NCBI GenBank assembly: GCA_951406725.2
Contig: OX597817.1
Location: 126,976,001-127,040,000 of the forward strand
Direction of reading: 5' to 3'
DNA length: 64,000 bases
Origin: Octopus vulgaris
Lineage: Eukaryota
Of the stretch, positions 13,301-26,037 are shown one piece after another (position 1 is the stretch's first letter; every line of letters starts with the position of its first letter). The notes under the pieces were generated by a model. That model ran no database searches and was not told where the DNA came from. It saw only the letters and a program-made list of their open reading frames with translations. The position numbers and the translations under genes are program-made.

Positions 13301-13579
13301 ACAGTTTTAATGGCATACATAACTGAGAATAGACATAGACATCCTCTTGACATTCTAGCACATCCAGGATGTGGCAGCCGAAAAGACGAGTTACAGGGAT
13401 ACTTGGTAGATACTCTTTTTAAATTGAGTAGGCTGCAGTGACGTGGAAGTGCTTTGCTCATAGAGAAAAATCGCTACTCGTCAAAGTAATTAACTATGTA
13501 TGTATGTTCGGACACACACACATATATTTATATATACACAATGCGTATATATGAATATGTATGTATGTATGTATGTATA

Positions 13580-13744
13580 TCTATAATATAAAATCCATTC
13601 TGTCTGTCTGTGTGTGTCTTCTAGGATCTCAGGCATCCTACATCAGATTGCACTCCAATTTGATAGGTAGATACCGACGGTATCAGGGCGAGTATAAGTC
13701 TTGAAAAAATTACAAAAATCGATTCCCGGTGAGAACGCGATCCA
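13580..13744 (+). mobile_element. Helitron 5'-end fragment
   Basis: A|TCtataatataaaat followed by (tctg)n/(tg)n is a typical non-autonomous Helitron 5' end; same layout as the start of the 20.6-kb element. Confidence 0.55.
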
Positions 13745-14608
13745 TATATATACATATATATACACATGTACATATATATGTACATACGTGTGTGTGAATA
13801 TATACCAGTGTGTTTGTATGCATATGAATGCATGTATGTACTTGTATATAAATGTAACCTGGCTAGCTTAACAATAGCTAAATATTGATGGGGCTAGGAA
13901 ATACCCTCCAGAGATTTTCTGAAACGTAAATAGACAAACGTTTCATTAAATTGTTATAATCGATGTTTATTCTCTTTACCTCTTTATCTGACAAGAAAAC
14001 TCCTGATAGAGTCATCAAAATCCTACTGAGTTTTAAATCATGCGATAATTTACTCGAAACGATGAAGGCAAACACGTCATAATATTCCCGTGTATCTAGC
14101 TGCCACATAAATCGGTCCAACCTTTTATAACTATTCCGATTTATTATTTCCCATATGTAGTAGTGAGGAAGCATTGTCACAATCATAATAAGACTGGATA
14201 TTTTACACTATGTGCAAACGATTCTGATTTACTTCAGTTCTCCCTTTCGCCAACTTAAAATTCTTCTCCCAGTTGACTTCACTTTATCGCAATTTTGCGT
14301 AGTAAAATATTGCTTTTGAAATATACTTGCAGAAGCTTGGAGAACTTGTAGAAACATATAAATAGTGAGTGGATGCAATCTAAGATAAGCATATGCATAT
14401 GTTTTTTAAAGGTAATATAAATACTTAATGTCTCATCATATTTTAAAATCATTAGATTTTTCCGTGAACTGTTTTAAGTTTGTGTGTGTGATGGTATATA
14501 TGTGTGTGTATGAGTGCGTAGACAGAAAACCAGCGAGTAGGGAAGGAGAGAGACAGAGAGAGACAGAAAGAGAGAGGCAGAGAGAGAGAGAGAGGTAGAG
14601 AGAGCGAG

Positions 14609-14644
<36 letters not shown>

Positions 14645-15419
14645 GGGCTGGTAAATTTTCCGACTGTAAATTTTAAGACTGCTCCTATTAAACATAAATT
14701 TAGACTGTCTGTAAAAGTTTTCTCGCAATCGTTAAAGTCCAGTATTTTCTTCCTGTTACTGGATCTGAAATAACCAGCTTCAATTTTAACTAAAACAATA
14801 TTAGCTATAATAAATCTGGGGCTAAAAGCATCAGTAACACCACCACCCCCCAGTGGCTAGCCACATTCAGATGGCTGATACCCCTTACAATATTAGCTAT
14901 ATCTCTCACATAACCATGTTACAGAAAATGAAAGTAGATTACTCTTCTTCAGAATCACAAAATTAAATGAATTTAATTTACATAATAGCGGTATAATTTG
15001 ACAACAGTAATTCAAGAAATACTAAAAGAAGCAATATGTACGGCTCGAATGATAATGAACGTGGAGGCAAATGTAAGAATAAGATCATTTTGGAAGAATT
15101 TACTTAGTTTTACGTAAAAAACGCAAGCTAAGTGAGAAAGTTTGAAAGGAAGGAGAGACTATCATGTGTTCTCTTTTTTTCTGTGCATTCTTCTATTTCT
15201 CTATTCCTTGCTCTCATTCTCTTAATAGGGAGGGGAACTATATATTGATGTGTTCATTTGTCTCTATTTGAATGTTTATATATTTTTGTTTATCTCTGAT
15301 ATGATTGGCCATATTCCTTTAGTATACCTTCCTTTCGTCCTCTCTCTCTCTTTCTTCCTTTCTTTATTTACAAGCTGAACTTGTCCTTCTTGTGTCTCCA
15401 GTTTATATATATATACATT

Positions 15420-15483
<64 letters not shown>

Positions 15484-15537
15484 TATATATAGTAATAATA
15501 AACCTCTGAACGAGATGTAAACAGTAACTGCTCGACA

Positions 15538-15909
15538 ACGTAAAGTATACTAGCCATCTCAATATGGCTAACCACTAAGGGTGGGTGTTACTGTAGCTTT
15601 TAGCCCCAGGAGATCATCGTCTCCAGCTGGCTTTAAGCACACTTTCTGTACCCTTATGGTATTTGCAAATGGAGGTTATCCCTCTCTCGTAAACCTAAGT
15701 GACACACACGGACTGCAGTTTCTAGGTATTTGCCTGTCTTCGGCGTACGGCAGTCACCGGTTTACGAGAGAGGGATGACCTCCTTTTGCAAATACCATAA
15801 GGGCACAGAAAGTGTGCCTAAAGCCAGCTCGAGACGATGATCTCCTGGGGCTAAAAGCTACAGTAACGCCCACCCCTAGCCATATTTTGATGGCTAGTAT
15901 ACTTTACGT
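15538..15909. mobile_element. 372-bp foldback element (MITE-like or inverted pLTR) between (TA)n tracts
   Basis: Arms 15538-15695 and 15759-15909 are highly similar reverse complements (acgtaaagtatactagccatc...gatggctagtatactttacgt) with a ~63-bp spacer. Confidence 0.85.
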
Positions 15910-15969
15910 ATATATATATATATTTCTCCCATTTATATATATATATATATGCACACACATACATACACA

Positions 15970-16015
<46 letters not shown>

Positions 16016-16189
16016 TCCGACTCTTTATCCTGTATTTTAATTTTTTTTCCTTTCTCGTTATATTTCTCTCACTATATTTCAGACTTTATGTTCTTTTTCG
16101 TTTCCTTTCTCCTTTGCTCTTCATTCTTAGTCCCTTTTTATATTTTGTATCAATTGCTTTCCTTTTACTCTCTCTGAAAATACTTCGAA

Positions 16190-16935
16190 AATGCCTCGCC
16201 ATCATTAATTCTCTGTAACAGAATGTAATAAAATGTTCCCTGATTGTATGCTGTGGATAAGACCATAATTGTGCTTGGTATTTCCTATGCAGAGTTCCAA
16301 ACAACTACTGTATCGAAACGTACGTATTATCACCTAATATCAACTTGCAATTATCTCAATTCCGCATTCCGTTCCCCCTCTCACACATTTCCTGATCTTC
16401 TCTTCTTGCTCACTTTGCCTCCTCTTTTCACTTCACTGTGTCCCTTTCATTTTTCTCGCCCCTCCTTAATTCTTCTATATCTCTGCCTCTACCTCTCTCT
16501 CTCTCACACACACTCTCTCACCACGTGACTGGTGTTTGATCAAGCCTGACCTTTCTTTCTTGGTTCGACTATCATCCCAGCAACATCTATATTCCTCCTT
16601 GTGAAATCGTCACACACGCTAGCTTAATTGAATTCCTCCTTAGTCGAAAGACACTGTTGTTAACTCCTGTTATTTGCAATGTATTTGTGTAATTTTCTCG
16701 GTTTTTTTCCGACCTTGTTTGCGTATACATTCGCTTTCTTCAAAGGAATCTAATGTTCTTAGCTTAGTTTTTCCCTGGGGCTGATCACATTGTAGCAACC
16801 TCGTTTATAACCAGCCGAAATTGTAAAGATGATCTGCAACTCGACTGAGGATAGAAAACTCCGAATGACCCCCGTCTTTGTTTTCTTTATATCATCTGTC
16901 TAGATGTTTTGTTGTCCCTTTTTTGTATCACCGAA
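16190..16935 (+). mobile_element. Possible decayed Penelope-like 3' end
   Basis: IIVLGISY...LNSAFRS in ORF 16244..16528 resembles a PLE GIY-YIG C-terminus; followed by a pyrimidine-rich UTR-like tract. Confidence 0.35.
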
Positions 16936-17101
16936 GTGTCTGGAAATCTTGCGTTCTTTTCCTATTTTTGTACTATCTCTATTAAAAACTTTAGCGGCGT
17001 ACGTACACTTTGGGCACTTATATATAAGCACATATACGTGTATGTGTGCGCGTGTGTTTATATTCATGTATATATGTATGTATGCATTTAGCAATCTATC
17101 T

Positions 17102-17149
<48 letters not shown>

Positions 17150-17156
<7 letters not shown>

Positions 17157-17247
17157 AGGCGGCTTGTTACATCCGATTAGAGAGTGGCCAATGGTTTCGC
17201 ACCTATAAAGTGCTCGAATGTATCGATGACTCGTCACAGTCGAATGG
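17150..17247 (-). mobile_element. Short hammerhead-relic repeat, copy 1
   Basis: Reverse complement aligns with 31131-31222 (ccatt..tgacgagtc..cgaaa.ca.tgg.cactct..atcgga..actata); directly abuts (TA)n. Confidence 0.55.
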
Positions 17248-19410
17248 CCGGGGGATAATAATAGAGAGGTATATATTTATGCCCAAATAATGTGCACATT
17301 AGATTAGTATTTCCTACGGTTGATGCTGCTTCTGTACGATTTGCCAGAATGGTAATACATTTATTTAAATTATATAGCGAAGTTATAATTTTATGTTTAT
17401 TCTAAGCACAAAATCGTATGTACCAATGATTATTTGATACCTGAGTCAATATTAACTGAATACTTCCCTTTATTTCCCTTTGGTTCTGCTTCCAAGACAT
17501 GCTGCCATTAGAACATATATTAGTTTCTTTTTATGCAATTTTTTTTCTCATTGATTAAGCTGTTGGTTCATAAAGATATTATAAATTGATACATTACATA
17601 CTACTAAGAAAAAGTGTATAAAATTCAAATTCAAAAATACATGAAGTGTAGTTATGAGTGAATTACATACTTTGCAAAATATAAAAATGTTCCTAACGAT
17701 CAGAGTCCATCGCAAATATTTAAATCGAAAACGCCAAACTATTTTAAATAATAAAAGTAGAAAAAAATTTAGAATTATAAGGCGTGAAACATTACGACTA
17801 AAAAAGTATATAAATGCGCAATCAAATCTACATGACAACTAGAGGCATAAGATTTAAACCATAATCAATATCATTAGACATATACACTATTTACAAAGTT
17901 GAATCTTTTTTTCTATTTCCTATTGCTTTCTGTTGATACCTACAAATCTAATAAAATAGTTTATACATATGTGAGTGTATTATCTCAGTTGACAAAGTAG
18001 AAGATAGAATCAGAAATGTTCAAGCGAATATATTTGTAAAATAGAAATAGAAAGAAAACGTCAAAATATATATTGCAAGTATATTCAATAATAACACATG
18101 AAACTGTCGGTGTCCGAAGCAGTCATTAAGAAAAGAAAATAACATCGACGCCAAAATCTGCAATGAGTTTTCCATTTTCCTATTTCTGTTCTCAATGTAA
18201 TGCAGATATGGAAATTTTGTTTTATGCACTCGAAATTTCGTTGTTTTTAATGTAATTTATATTTCAATATTTTCTTTAACTTTCTCTTCTTATTAAGAAC
18301 TAATATGTCTTTATGTTTAAATTTGTACCTAATTGGTTCCCCCTTCATTAGGAAACCTGAAAGGCATCAGAAAATACATGAATAAACATATTTAATAGTA
18401 AATATATATAAACTACAAAAGCCAGTATCGAGTCAATATCACCTGACTAACTCTCATGTATTCAGACGTTAGAAACGAATTCTCTCATATTGATTAAATG
18501 AACCTATTAAATTTTTTTATTCCCTCTCAAGTATAATTTCAGCAAAAAGTTTATATATACATGCGTGTGTGCCCTGCGTTTATGTGTTTGTGTAAGCGCC
18601 TTGTGTGCGTGTGTACCGTGTATGTGTATTGCTAGTGTGTGTCCGTGCGTTGGGTGTGTGCCTTGCATGTGTAAGTGTGTTTGGCTGTGCGTCAGTATTT
18701 ATATATTCTTACAAAACAGACTCTATACCAATTTTCTTATATTCTATATAAAGAATATATGTTCACCCAATTATCTTGTTTATAGCAGCTCTTATTGACT
18801 GCGGTATTTGAACAACAACATTATGCAAAAGCATGTAAGCGATGGGTGTTGGAGGTCAATGCAAAACCTGAAATCGATGAAGTTTATGCATAACAAACAG
18901 AAGTTGCATATTTTTAAATATTTCTTGAGGACAGCAATTATTATCATCTACAAGAAAAGGCTGTACACTCCATTGTTTTCTACAGACATTTTATGTATCT
19001 TACACAAATTTACATAGGTTATGGTGTTTATACTTATACGGCACTTTTATGTAAACATTACCAGTCACCCAACCCTAGTGTAGGTGTTTTGTATAAAAGC
19101 CCCTTTGCTGCGGGATAGCGTCAGGAGAAAGGCCCTAGAAGTCGCGTGTTAAAGGAACTAGTGTGCCCCAGATTAGGCGAGACAACTGGCCCATAAGTGA
19201 AGAGATGTCGAGAAGAATTGCAGGATGTTCTAAGTCGTCTGGATGCCGTGGCTGAAACCAATAGCGATTTTCTTGAATAAAATTTACTCTTTAGCCTTTC
19301 AAGATATTTTTATGTAATTTTGGTAAATATATTAGTTTAAATGAGATGTCAGTGTTCTTTCCATCTTTGCGTAATTTAGACGACAGTTTATTCACTGCAC
19401 TCTGCATACA

Positions 19411-19449
<39 letters not shown>

Positions 19450-19516
19450 TAATATATATATATATATTATATATATATATACATATATATATGCATGTAT
19501 ATATATATATACATGC

Positions 19517-19573
<57 letters not shown>

Positions 19574-19577
19574 TATG

Positions 19578-19633
<56 letters not shown>

Positions 19634-19724
19634 ATAATAATAAATAATAAATATTAGGGAATAAATCCAAATTTACAGGGAAAAAATCAGATTTAGGATT
19701 AAATCCAATTTTATAGTAAAATAT

Positions 19725-19885
19725 TATATAATATTAATTCGAGACAAAACCACTATTTTGCAAAACAAGCAAGGAAAGACTTAATCAATACATAAACATT
19801 TTTAACATAAAGAAATATTAAAAATTTTTATGTATTGGTTAAGTCTTTCCTTGTTTGTTTTGCAAAATAGTGGTTTTGTTTCGAA

Positions 19886-19898
<13 letters not shown>
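19725..19898. repeat. Inverted repeat, 81-bp arms, between (TA)n tracts
   Basis: 19725-19805 vs reverse complement of 19818-19898: 4 mismatches, 12-bp spacer. Confidence 0.9.
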
Positions 19899-19945
<47 letters not shown>

Positions 19946-19948
<3 letters not shown>

Positions 19949-20142
19949 AGGGGGGTCTTTGAAAATGTTCCTGGCTTTGGGTAAAAAGAAATACAGGAGA
20001 ATCAATTTATTATGATTTTGTTCATATTCCTCTCTCAGATTCACACATATTGTGGCTGTGTTTCAGGATTTCTAAGCACTGTAAAAGACCTCGGTAGGCA
20101 TTAAACGATAGCCTTAAACTCAGGAAATCATCACTCACTCGT
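19946..20142 (-). mobile_element. Mariner-derived MITE/3'-end relic
   Basis: Left end gaggggggtctttgaaaatgttcctggcttt is mariner-TIR-like. Minus strand tgtgtgaatctgagagaggaatatg encodes CVNLREEY, like the mariner C-terminus CVxxxGEYVE. Confidence 0.55.
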
Positions 20143-20147
20143 CCATA

Positions 20148-20148
<1 letters not shown>

Positions 20149-20205
<57 letters not shown>

Positions 20206-20220
20206 ATCATCATTATTATT
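20149..20220. repeat. (ATT)n microsatellite
   Basis: Tandem att. Confidence 0.95.
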
Positions 20221-20271
20221 TCTAAATCTCTCTAAAGGAAACTACAGCAGCAGCACTGAGTTTTAATATTT

Positions 20272-20573
20272 ATAGCCAAGCTAATATGGCAGTCCAGAGA
20301 AATAGGACGAATGCTGCAGTGGATTAGCTCCAAGAACCCATCGCCTCCATCTAGCTACGTGATAGAAGTCTGTGTCTATTATAACATTCGAATAGGTGAG
20401 GTTTTCAGTCTCCCCATCAACACCCACAAACCGGTTTCGGAGAATTTGCTCCTTATCATTGTAATGGACACAGATTACTGTATCACATAACTAGCTAGAG
20501 GCTCTGGCCTCTCGGAGCTAATCAACGGCAGCATTCGTCTTATTTTTCTGGACAGCTATGTTAGCCTGGCGAT
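20272..20573. mobile_element. 300-bp element with ~64-bp inverted ends enclosing a hammerhead relic (PLE pLTR-like)
   Basis: 20272-20335 is an imperfect reverse complement of 20510-20573; hammerhead-like motif on the minus strand at 20425-20463. Confidence 0.65.
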
Positions 20574-21724
20574 ATATATATATATATATAAACGGAAGTT
20601 TGTCTGTCTATGTGTCTGTGTGTCTGTCAGGTTGTACCCTCACCCTGACCACGGCTTTCAACCGATTCTGATGAAACTTGACACACACATAGCCCAATGT
20701 CATAATTCAAAACTAACGCAGCGAAAATTTTGAAAAGTTCCCCCAGTTCTGAAAAAATCGATAAATTCGACATGCTTTTTATATGCAACACATTTTCTGT
20801 TGTAGTTTTCGCAACTTACAATAGATTTTCACCAAACTCATGGTGAAGCTTAATGTTACCCTAAGAAACTTAATTCTGGCGTTAGTTTTCCATGCAATAC
20901 CTTACCATCAGAAAAAACCGATAAAATCATGCCATTTTGGGAAATCGCGTTCAAATTTAAGATGACATATTTTCGACAATATCTTTCACAAATTGGCAGG
21001 ATTTTTTATTTTAAATTCACAGCGAGCATCATGACTGCTCCAGGGAGCTATATGGCCCTTTTTATTCCAACAGGATACTTTATTACTGGAAAAAAATCGG
21101 TTAATTAAATCACATGTGGCACACATAGCAAACCGATTTGTGTATTAAACACAAACCACAGACTGTCTAGGGGGCGCAACTCGACCTTTTTAACTCTCGG
21201 AACACGTGGGGTAAATATCCCAAAATGTATAAAAATGTACAAAAACGACAAAAAAGCGGACAGCAATGTAAGTGACAACAACGAAAAAGTCAAAAGTCAC
21301 CAAACTGAACAAACGAATGGAAAAGGTTTTTTGGTGCACACGACAAAAGCGGTTTATAATAAACCAAGAGTTTGCAAGTAGCGTCCGAGGACTCTTAGGG
21401 TACGTCAAAAATTTAAGGTAAAACGTTTGGGGTGGTAGTTATTAAGAACGTTTAAACAAAAAAGTATTCGAATAACTTGCGGCTGTAGCAGCTATTAGCA
21501 GAAGTGGCTGTGTTGGGAGTAAAGTCTCGAATGTAATTTCTTCCTGGTAGGTATTGGTTGGGCTGAATTATCGATAGCTGTTTGATAGTTATTTGGGAGT
21601 GAAGAGAAGACATTGCAACCTACACATGCGCCTTCGTTCCCTAGAGGCAAAGGACTAGATTGGGATTAGTCATTGCCTACTAGGGGCTCTTACATACCCG
21701 GGCAACGCTGGGCTATGCTGCTAG
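20574..21724 (+). mobile_element. Non-autonomous Helitron (~1.15 kb)
   Basis: 3' end has the GC-rich hairpin cccgggcaacgctggg, then CTAG|T (21721-21725). 5' end reads (ta)n aaacggaagtttgtctgtct...caaccgattctgatgaaacttg. No RepHel ORF; the 5' TC is not visible within the (TA)n. Confidence 0.8.
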
Positions 21725-21900
21725 TATATATATATATACATATATATTTATATCAAAGTTAGTGTGCATTTAAACACAAAGAGCCCAGTCTTAACAAGTT
21801 GCCTAACATGCAACAACGAACAGTCAAGAAGTCCCAACCACAGATAAGAGAAATTTCGAAAGGAATGAAAAATACAAATATTTACCATGCATATATATAT

Positions 21901-21999
<99 letters not shown>

Positions 22000-24805
22000 A
22001 CTTACAGCTAATAAAAGTCAGGGTGCGTTGCGTACCGTTATTTACTATATGAAAACATGGATTGTAACTAAACAATGACAGATTAAAAAAACGTATCCTG
22101 AGTGCACAACCGAACAAGTGACAGATAAAGAAGGTCCCTAATTCTTCATTAGTTAATAACCAAATGCTCATACAGTTTCGAACCATTAATTATGACGCTG
22201 ATAACTTCCCATGTTGTCGGTGACCGCAAATGCCGCGGTGAAGATAGGGCATAGATCAAACAAAACAACACAGTGGATATACGAAAGTAAAAGAATATAA
22301 TTCAAGACGATGGGTAAAGACGAAATACATAGGAAACAACAAAATATTAACGCTCAGAAGAAATCCAAAAGGATATAGAAAACAGAAAATATAGGACGCA
22401 AAGAAATTTTAAGACGAGCCATCAACGCAACCGTGTAAAAATTGAAAGAAGTAAAAGAAAGTTGGCCACGGATCACGTGTCAGCAGCAGGTAGTGGTGAA
22501 AGAGGGCAAGAGAGAGGGAGAGAACTTTTCTCCTATTCCCCCTTTCATTCCTTCCTTTATTTTCTCTTTGTCTGTGTGTCTCTCTCTCCCTCTCTAATTT
22601 TCAACATTTATTAAGACACAATCTTTTTGCTAGAGAACAATATATGATAAGTATATATATATAAAACATACACTAATTCAGATACAAATTTGTTCCTCTA
22701 CTTTCCAAAGCAGATTTATTGTTTAAGCATATGAATTATTATAATTGAATCGCAGGAATTCGGGTCTAGGAGCCGAAATATTACTTGCTAGATTAGATAG
22801 AGGTCATTAAGAAACACATGCAATGTGTAGAATTGCCAAACATTTAATTAATAATTATTGAATTCAAATCTGCTTGTGCCTCATGTTTTTTATGATACTA
22901 AGATTTATGTTATAATCACTTTATTTGGGAACGGGGCATAGGTTTTAAATGTTATTTCACATGGGCTTTTTAATATTGTTGTAGTCACATAGTCTCAATG
23001 CCAATATTCACTCTATCAATATGATAATAGCAGACACAAAAATGCCCGTATATTACAGATTAAATATGAATACAGGGACAAATATTAATAAAAGTAATTG
23101 ATGTTTTTTTTTCCGTTAAAAGCCAGAAATGTTGAACGATAGGTTAGGCACCTTCCCCTTTACTTTATTTCATTGATTCAGATTATGTTATGGTGTTAAT
23201 TGTAATAAGAATGGTGAACAGGTCTATTTGGAAGCATCTCTAGTAATAATAAATGATTATACTAACACTAAGACTAACTTTGTGAAAATTAATGTCGGCG
23301 GTGTGGCATCTGTTTAATTTCTTATGTCAATACTGTCTACCTGTCAGTGTTACAACTTTCCATTTAAATTTTGATCTAATTTTCTCTCTACTTGATTTAA
23401 TTTATTCTCTCCCCCACTCTCTATATGTCTTTCTATATTTCGTTCTCTCCCTTTCTCTCTCTCTCTCTCTCCTTCTTCTCCTTGGTGTATATTATTTTGT
23501 TTGTTCTGGGTCATTTCTTTTTTACTCTTTATACATTTTCCCGCCTTTCATCTAGAATTTGGCACAGCACTTAACTAATCTGCTATTTTACCCTAATTTA
23601 ATAATCTCCCAGTATTATAATTAACCTTAAATCTATTAAATTATAATAGTATAATATTCCGTTATTTTCTGTTAGAACAGCTTTAATATAAAAACTGCTG
23701 TTTGGAGCAACACCAGCAGCTAGGTATGGATGTGTTTTGACAGGGTCAAATATCATGCTTGACATATGATACCTGCTGCATTCAAACCAGTTCTTTCTCT
23801 ACTGACTTTGTTCACGATGTCGATAGGCGTCATAACGTCTCTAGGATTTCAACGTCTCTAACTATCCTTATAGATGGGAGCTTAGTCCGTTAACCATCAA
23901 TCTAAATTGGCAGGTTGGTGACACTCATAGCTTAAATCACTTAAACGTTGGTAGTTCTAAGTAGGAATATTCATTTGCTGTTGACTTTTGATTAATGAAT
24001 ATGTCAAAGGTCACTTGCTTTTGGGGTGTTTGATGATTCGGTGGATATGTTGCGCAAACAAACCAATTTTATTTTGACTATGTCCCAATGAAGATACCTA
24101 ATGAAACAATTGTAGCAAAACCAGATAAACTAGTCGTCTGTTATAATCATATTTATATGTGTGTGCGCGGGTGAGGTATGTGTGTATGGGGGTGTAAAAT
24201 TGTTGAAAATGCACTGAGGCACTTTAGATGGTAAACTTTTAAAAGCTTAACCACACTTAAAGATGTTTTGTTTTTCTTTATTTTTCAAACATCAAGTGAA
24301 ATGCAAAGGATAGGGGTTATGCCAGCAGTTTCTTGTTTCTGCGTGGAGTGCGAAAATTATTTTGTTTTATGAAGAGAACACAGCCCAAATTATTATTTAC
24401 TTAGAGCATCATTTAATGGATAGAGACTAATCACCGGGTTAGGCTTATAAAATTCGGGTATGTTCCTCACCATTACGGTGCATTAATGTCATATGACAAA
24501 AATATTTACAGCAACATTTAAAGTCTGGAATTGTTTGTATGTAGCCATTAAATTTTCTTCGGTTTCCTTTACTGTGAATGAGTTTGTGCTGTATGGCTTC
24601 TTGATATTATTACAGCTGTGGTTTGTATATTTCATCCTAGCAAGCGACGCGGGTGAGTCTGCGATTAGATGAATTATATATATAAGTGTGTGTGTATGAG
24701 TGTGCATGTGTGTACGCGCGCTTCTATGTATGTATGTATGTATGTATACATATATATATATATATAGGTATGTATAAGCATATATATACATATATATGTT
24801 CTTGT

Positions 24806-24872
<67 letters not shown>

Positions 24873-25235
24873 CGTGTGTGTGCGTGTGTGTGTGTGTGTC
24901 TATATATCTATATATAATAAATATATATTGTACCTTCGGATATCAATAATTCCACAAGTTTCTATTTTTACTGTACTGAAAAGGAAAAGCGATCAAACTT
25001 TTCATTCATCATGACAGCAGTTGAGCCAGGAAATTCAAATAAAAATAAATTCGCAAAATAAATTTGACCGCATTCCTTTCAATCCTGCTTTGGTTTCTCA
25101 GATGTTCAGCTGCGATAATTTTTAAAATTCTGTAGAACTAATATTACTGATGAACAAAGATAAGGTCAAAATTATACATATCAATCTATCTAGCGACCTA
25201 GGTATTCATTTCTATCTTTCTTTCTTTCTTTCTCT

Positions 25236-25310
<75 letters not shown>

Positions 25311-25399
25311 TGTATGTGTGCGTTTATATATATATACACACACAAACACCATATACACATACGTGTGTGCTCGTATATGTCGGTATGCAATATCGATAC

Positions 25400-25470
<71 letters not shown>

Positions 25471-25644
25471 CTTCTCTGTATACACACTCATATATATATA
25501 TATATATATATATACATACATACGCATATATATAGGAGTATTTCGATTTTGGATGTATTTGGGGTACATATTTGTGCTCATGACTTAGTGTTTTGCTTCT
25601 TCCGTGGGTAGGAGTAAGTATCTCATTTATTTCTTTGCCACATT

Positions 25645-25697
25645 TATCACTGACGACGGGAGGGTTCTTACGAATTAACCCTGGAATCGGTCTGATA
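25645..25697 (+). ncRNA. Degenerate type I hammerhead ribozyme
   Basis: tatca-CTGACGA-cggg-agggtt(cttacgaatt)aaccct-GGAA-tcgGTC-tgata. 5-bp stem I, 6-bp stem II, GAAA mutated to GGAA. Confidence 0.55.
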
Positions 25698-25832
25698 TGG
25701 TAATAATTTCTGTCTACCTTTTTTCGAGTGGCGTGCGTATTGTGAAAAAATTATATGGTTATGGACAATATGTCCAATTTCGGCATATATGGCATTAGAA
25801 ATTTTTTCGTTTGCCCTTATTTATAAGTTATA

Positions 25833-25909
<77 letters not shown>

Positions 25910-26002
25910 TGTGTGTGTAATAGTTAAAAAAAGAAAAAGAAGAAGAAAAACAACAACAACAACAACAAGAAAGAGAAGTAGGAGGAGAAAAGGAGGAAAA
26001 AA

Positions 26003-26037
26003 AGAAGAAGAAGAAGAAGAAGAAGAAGAAGAAGAAG
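26003..26037. repeat. (GAA)n microsatellite
   Basis: Tandem gaa within a purine-rich tract. Confidence 0.9.

Noticed and set aside
16843-16876. ctgagga...ccgaat...gtc hammerhead-like string
   Set aside because: GAAA is mutated and neither stem I nor stem II pairs convincingly.
19075-19270. GC-richer island with tataaaag, possible promoter or LTR piece
   Set aside because: No downstream gene, second LTR or other supporting structure.
24638-24670. Possible Helitron 3' hairpin (gcaagcgacgcgggtgagtctgcgattag)
   Set aside because: Hairpin is imperfect, CTAG is absent and no matching 5' end was found.
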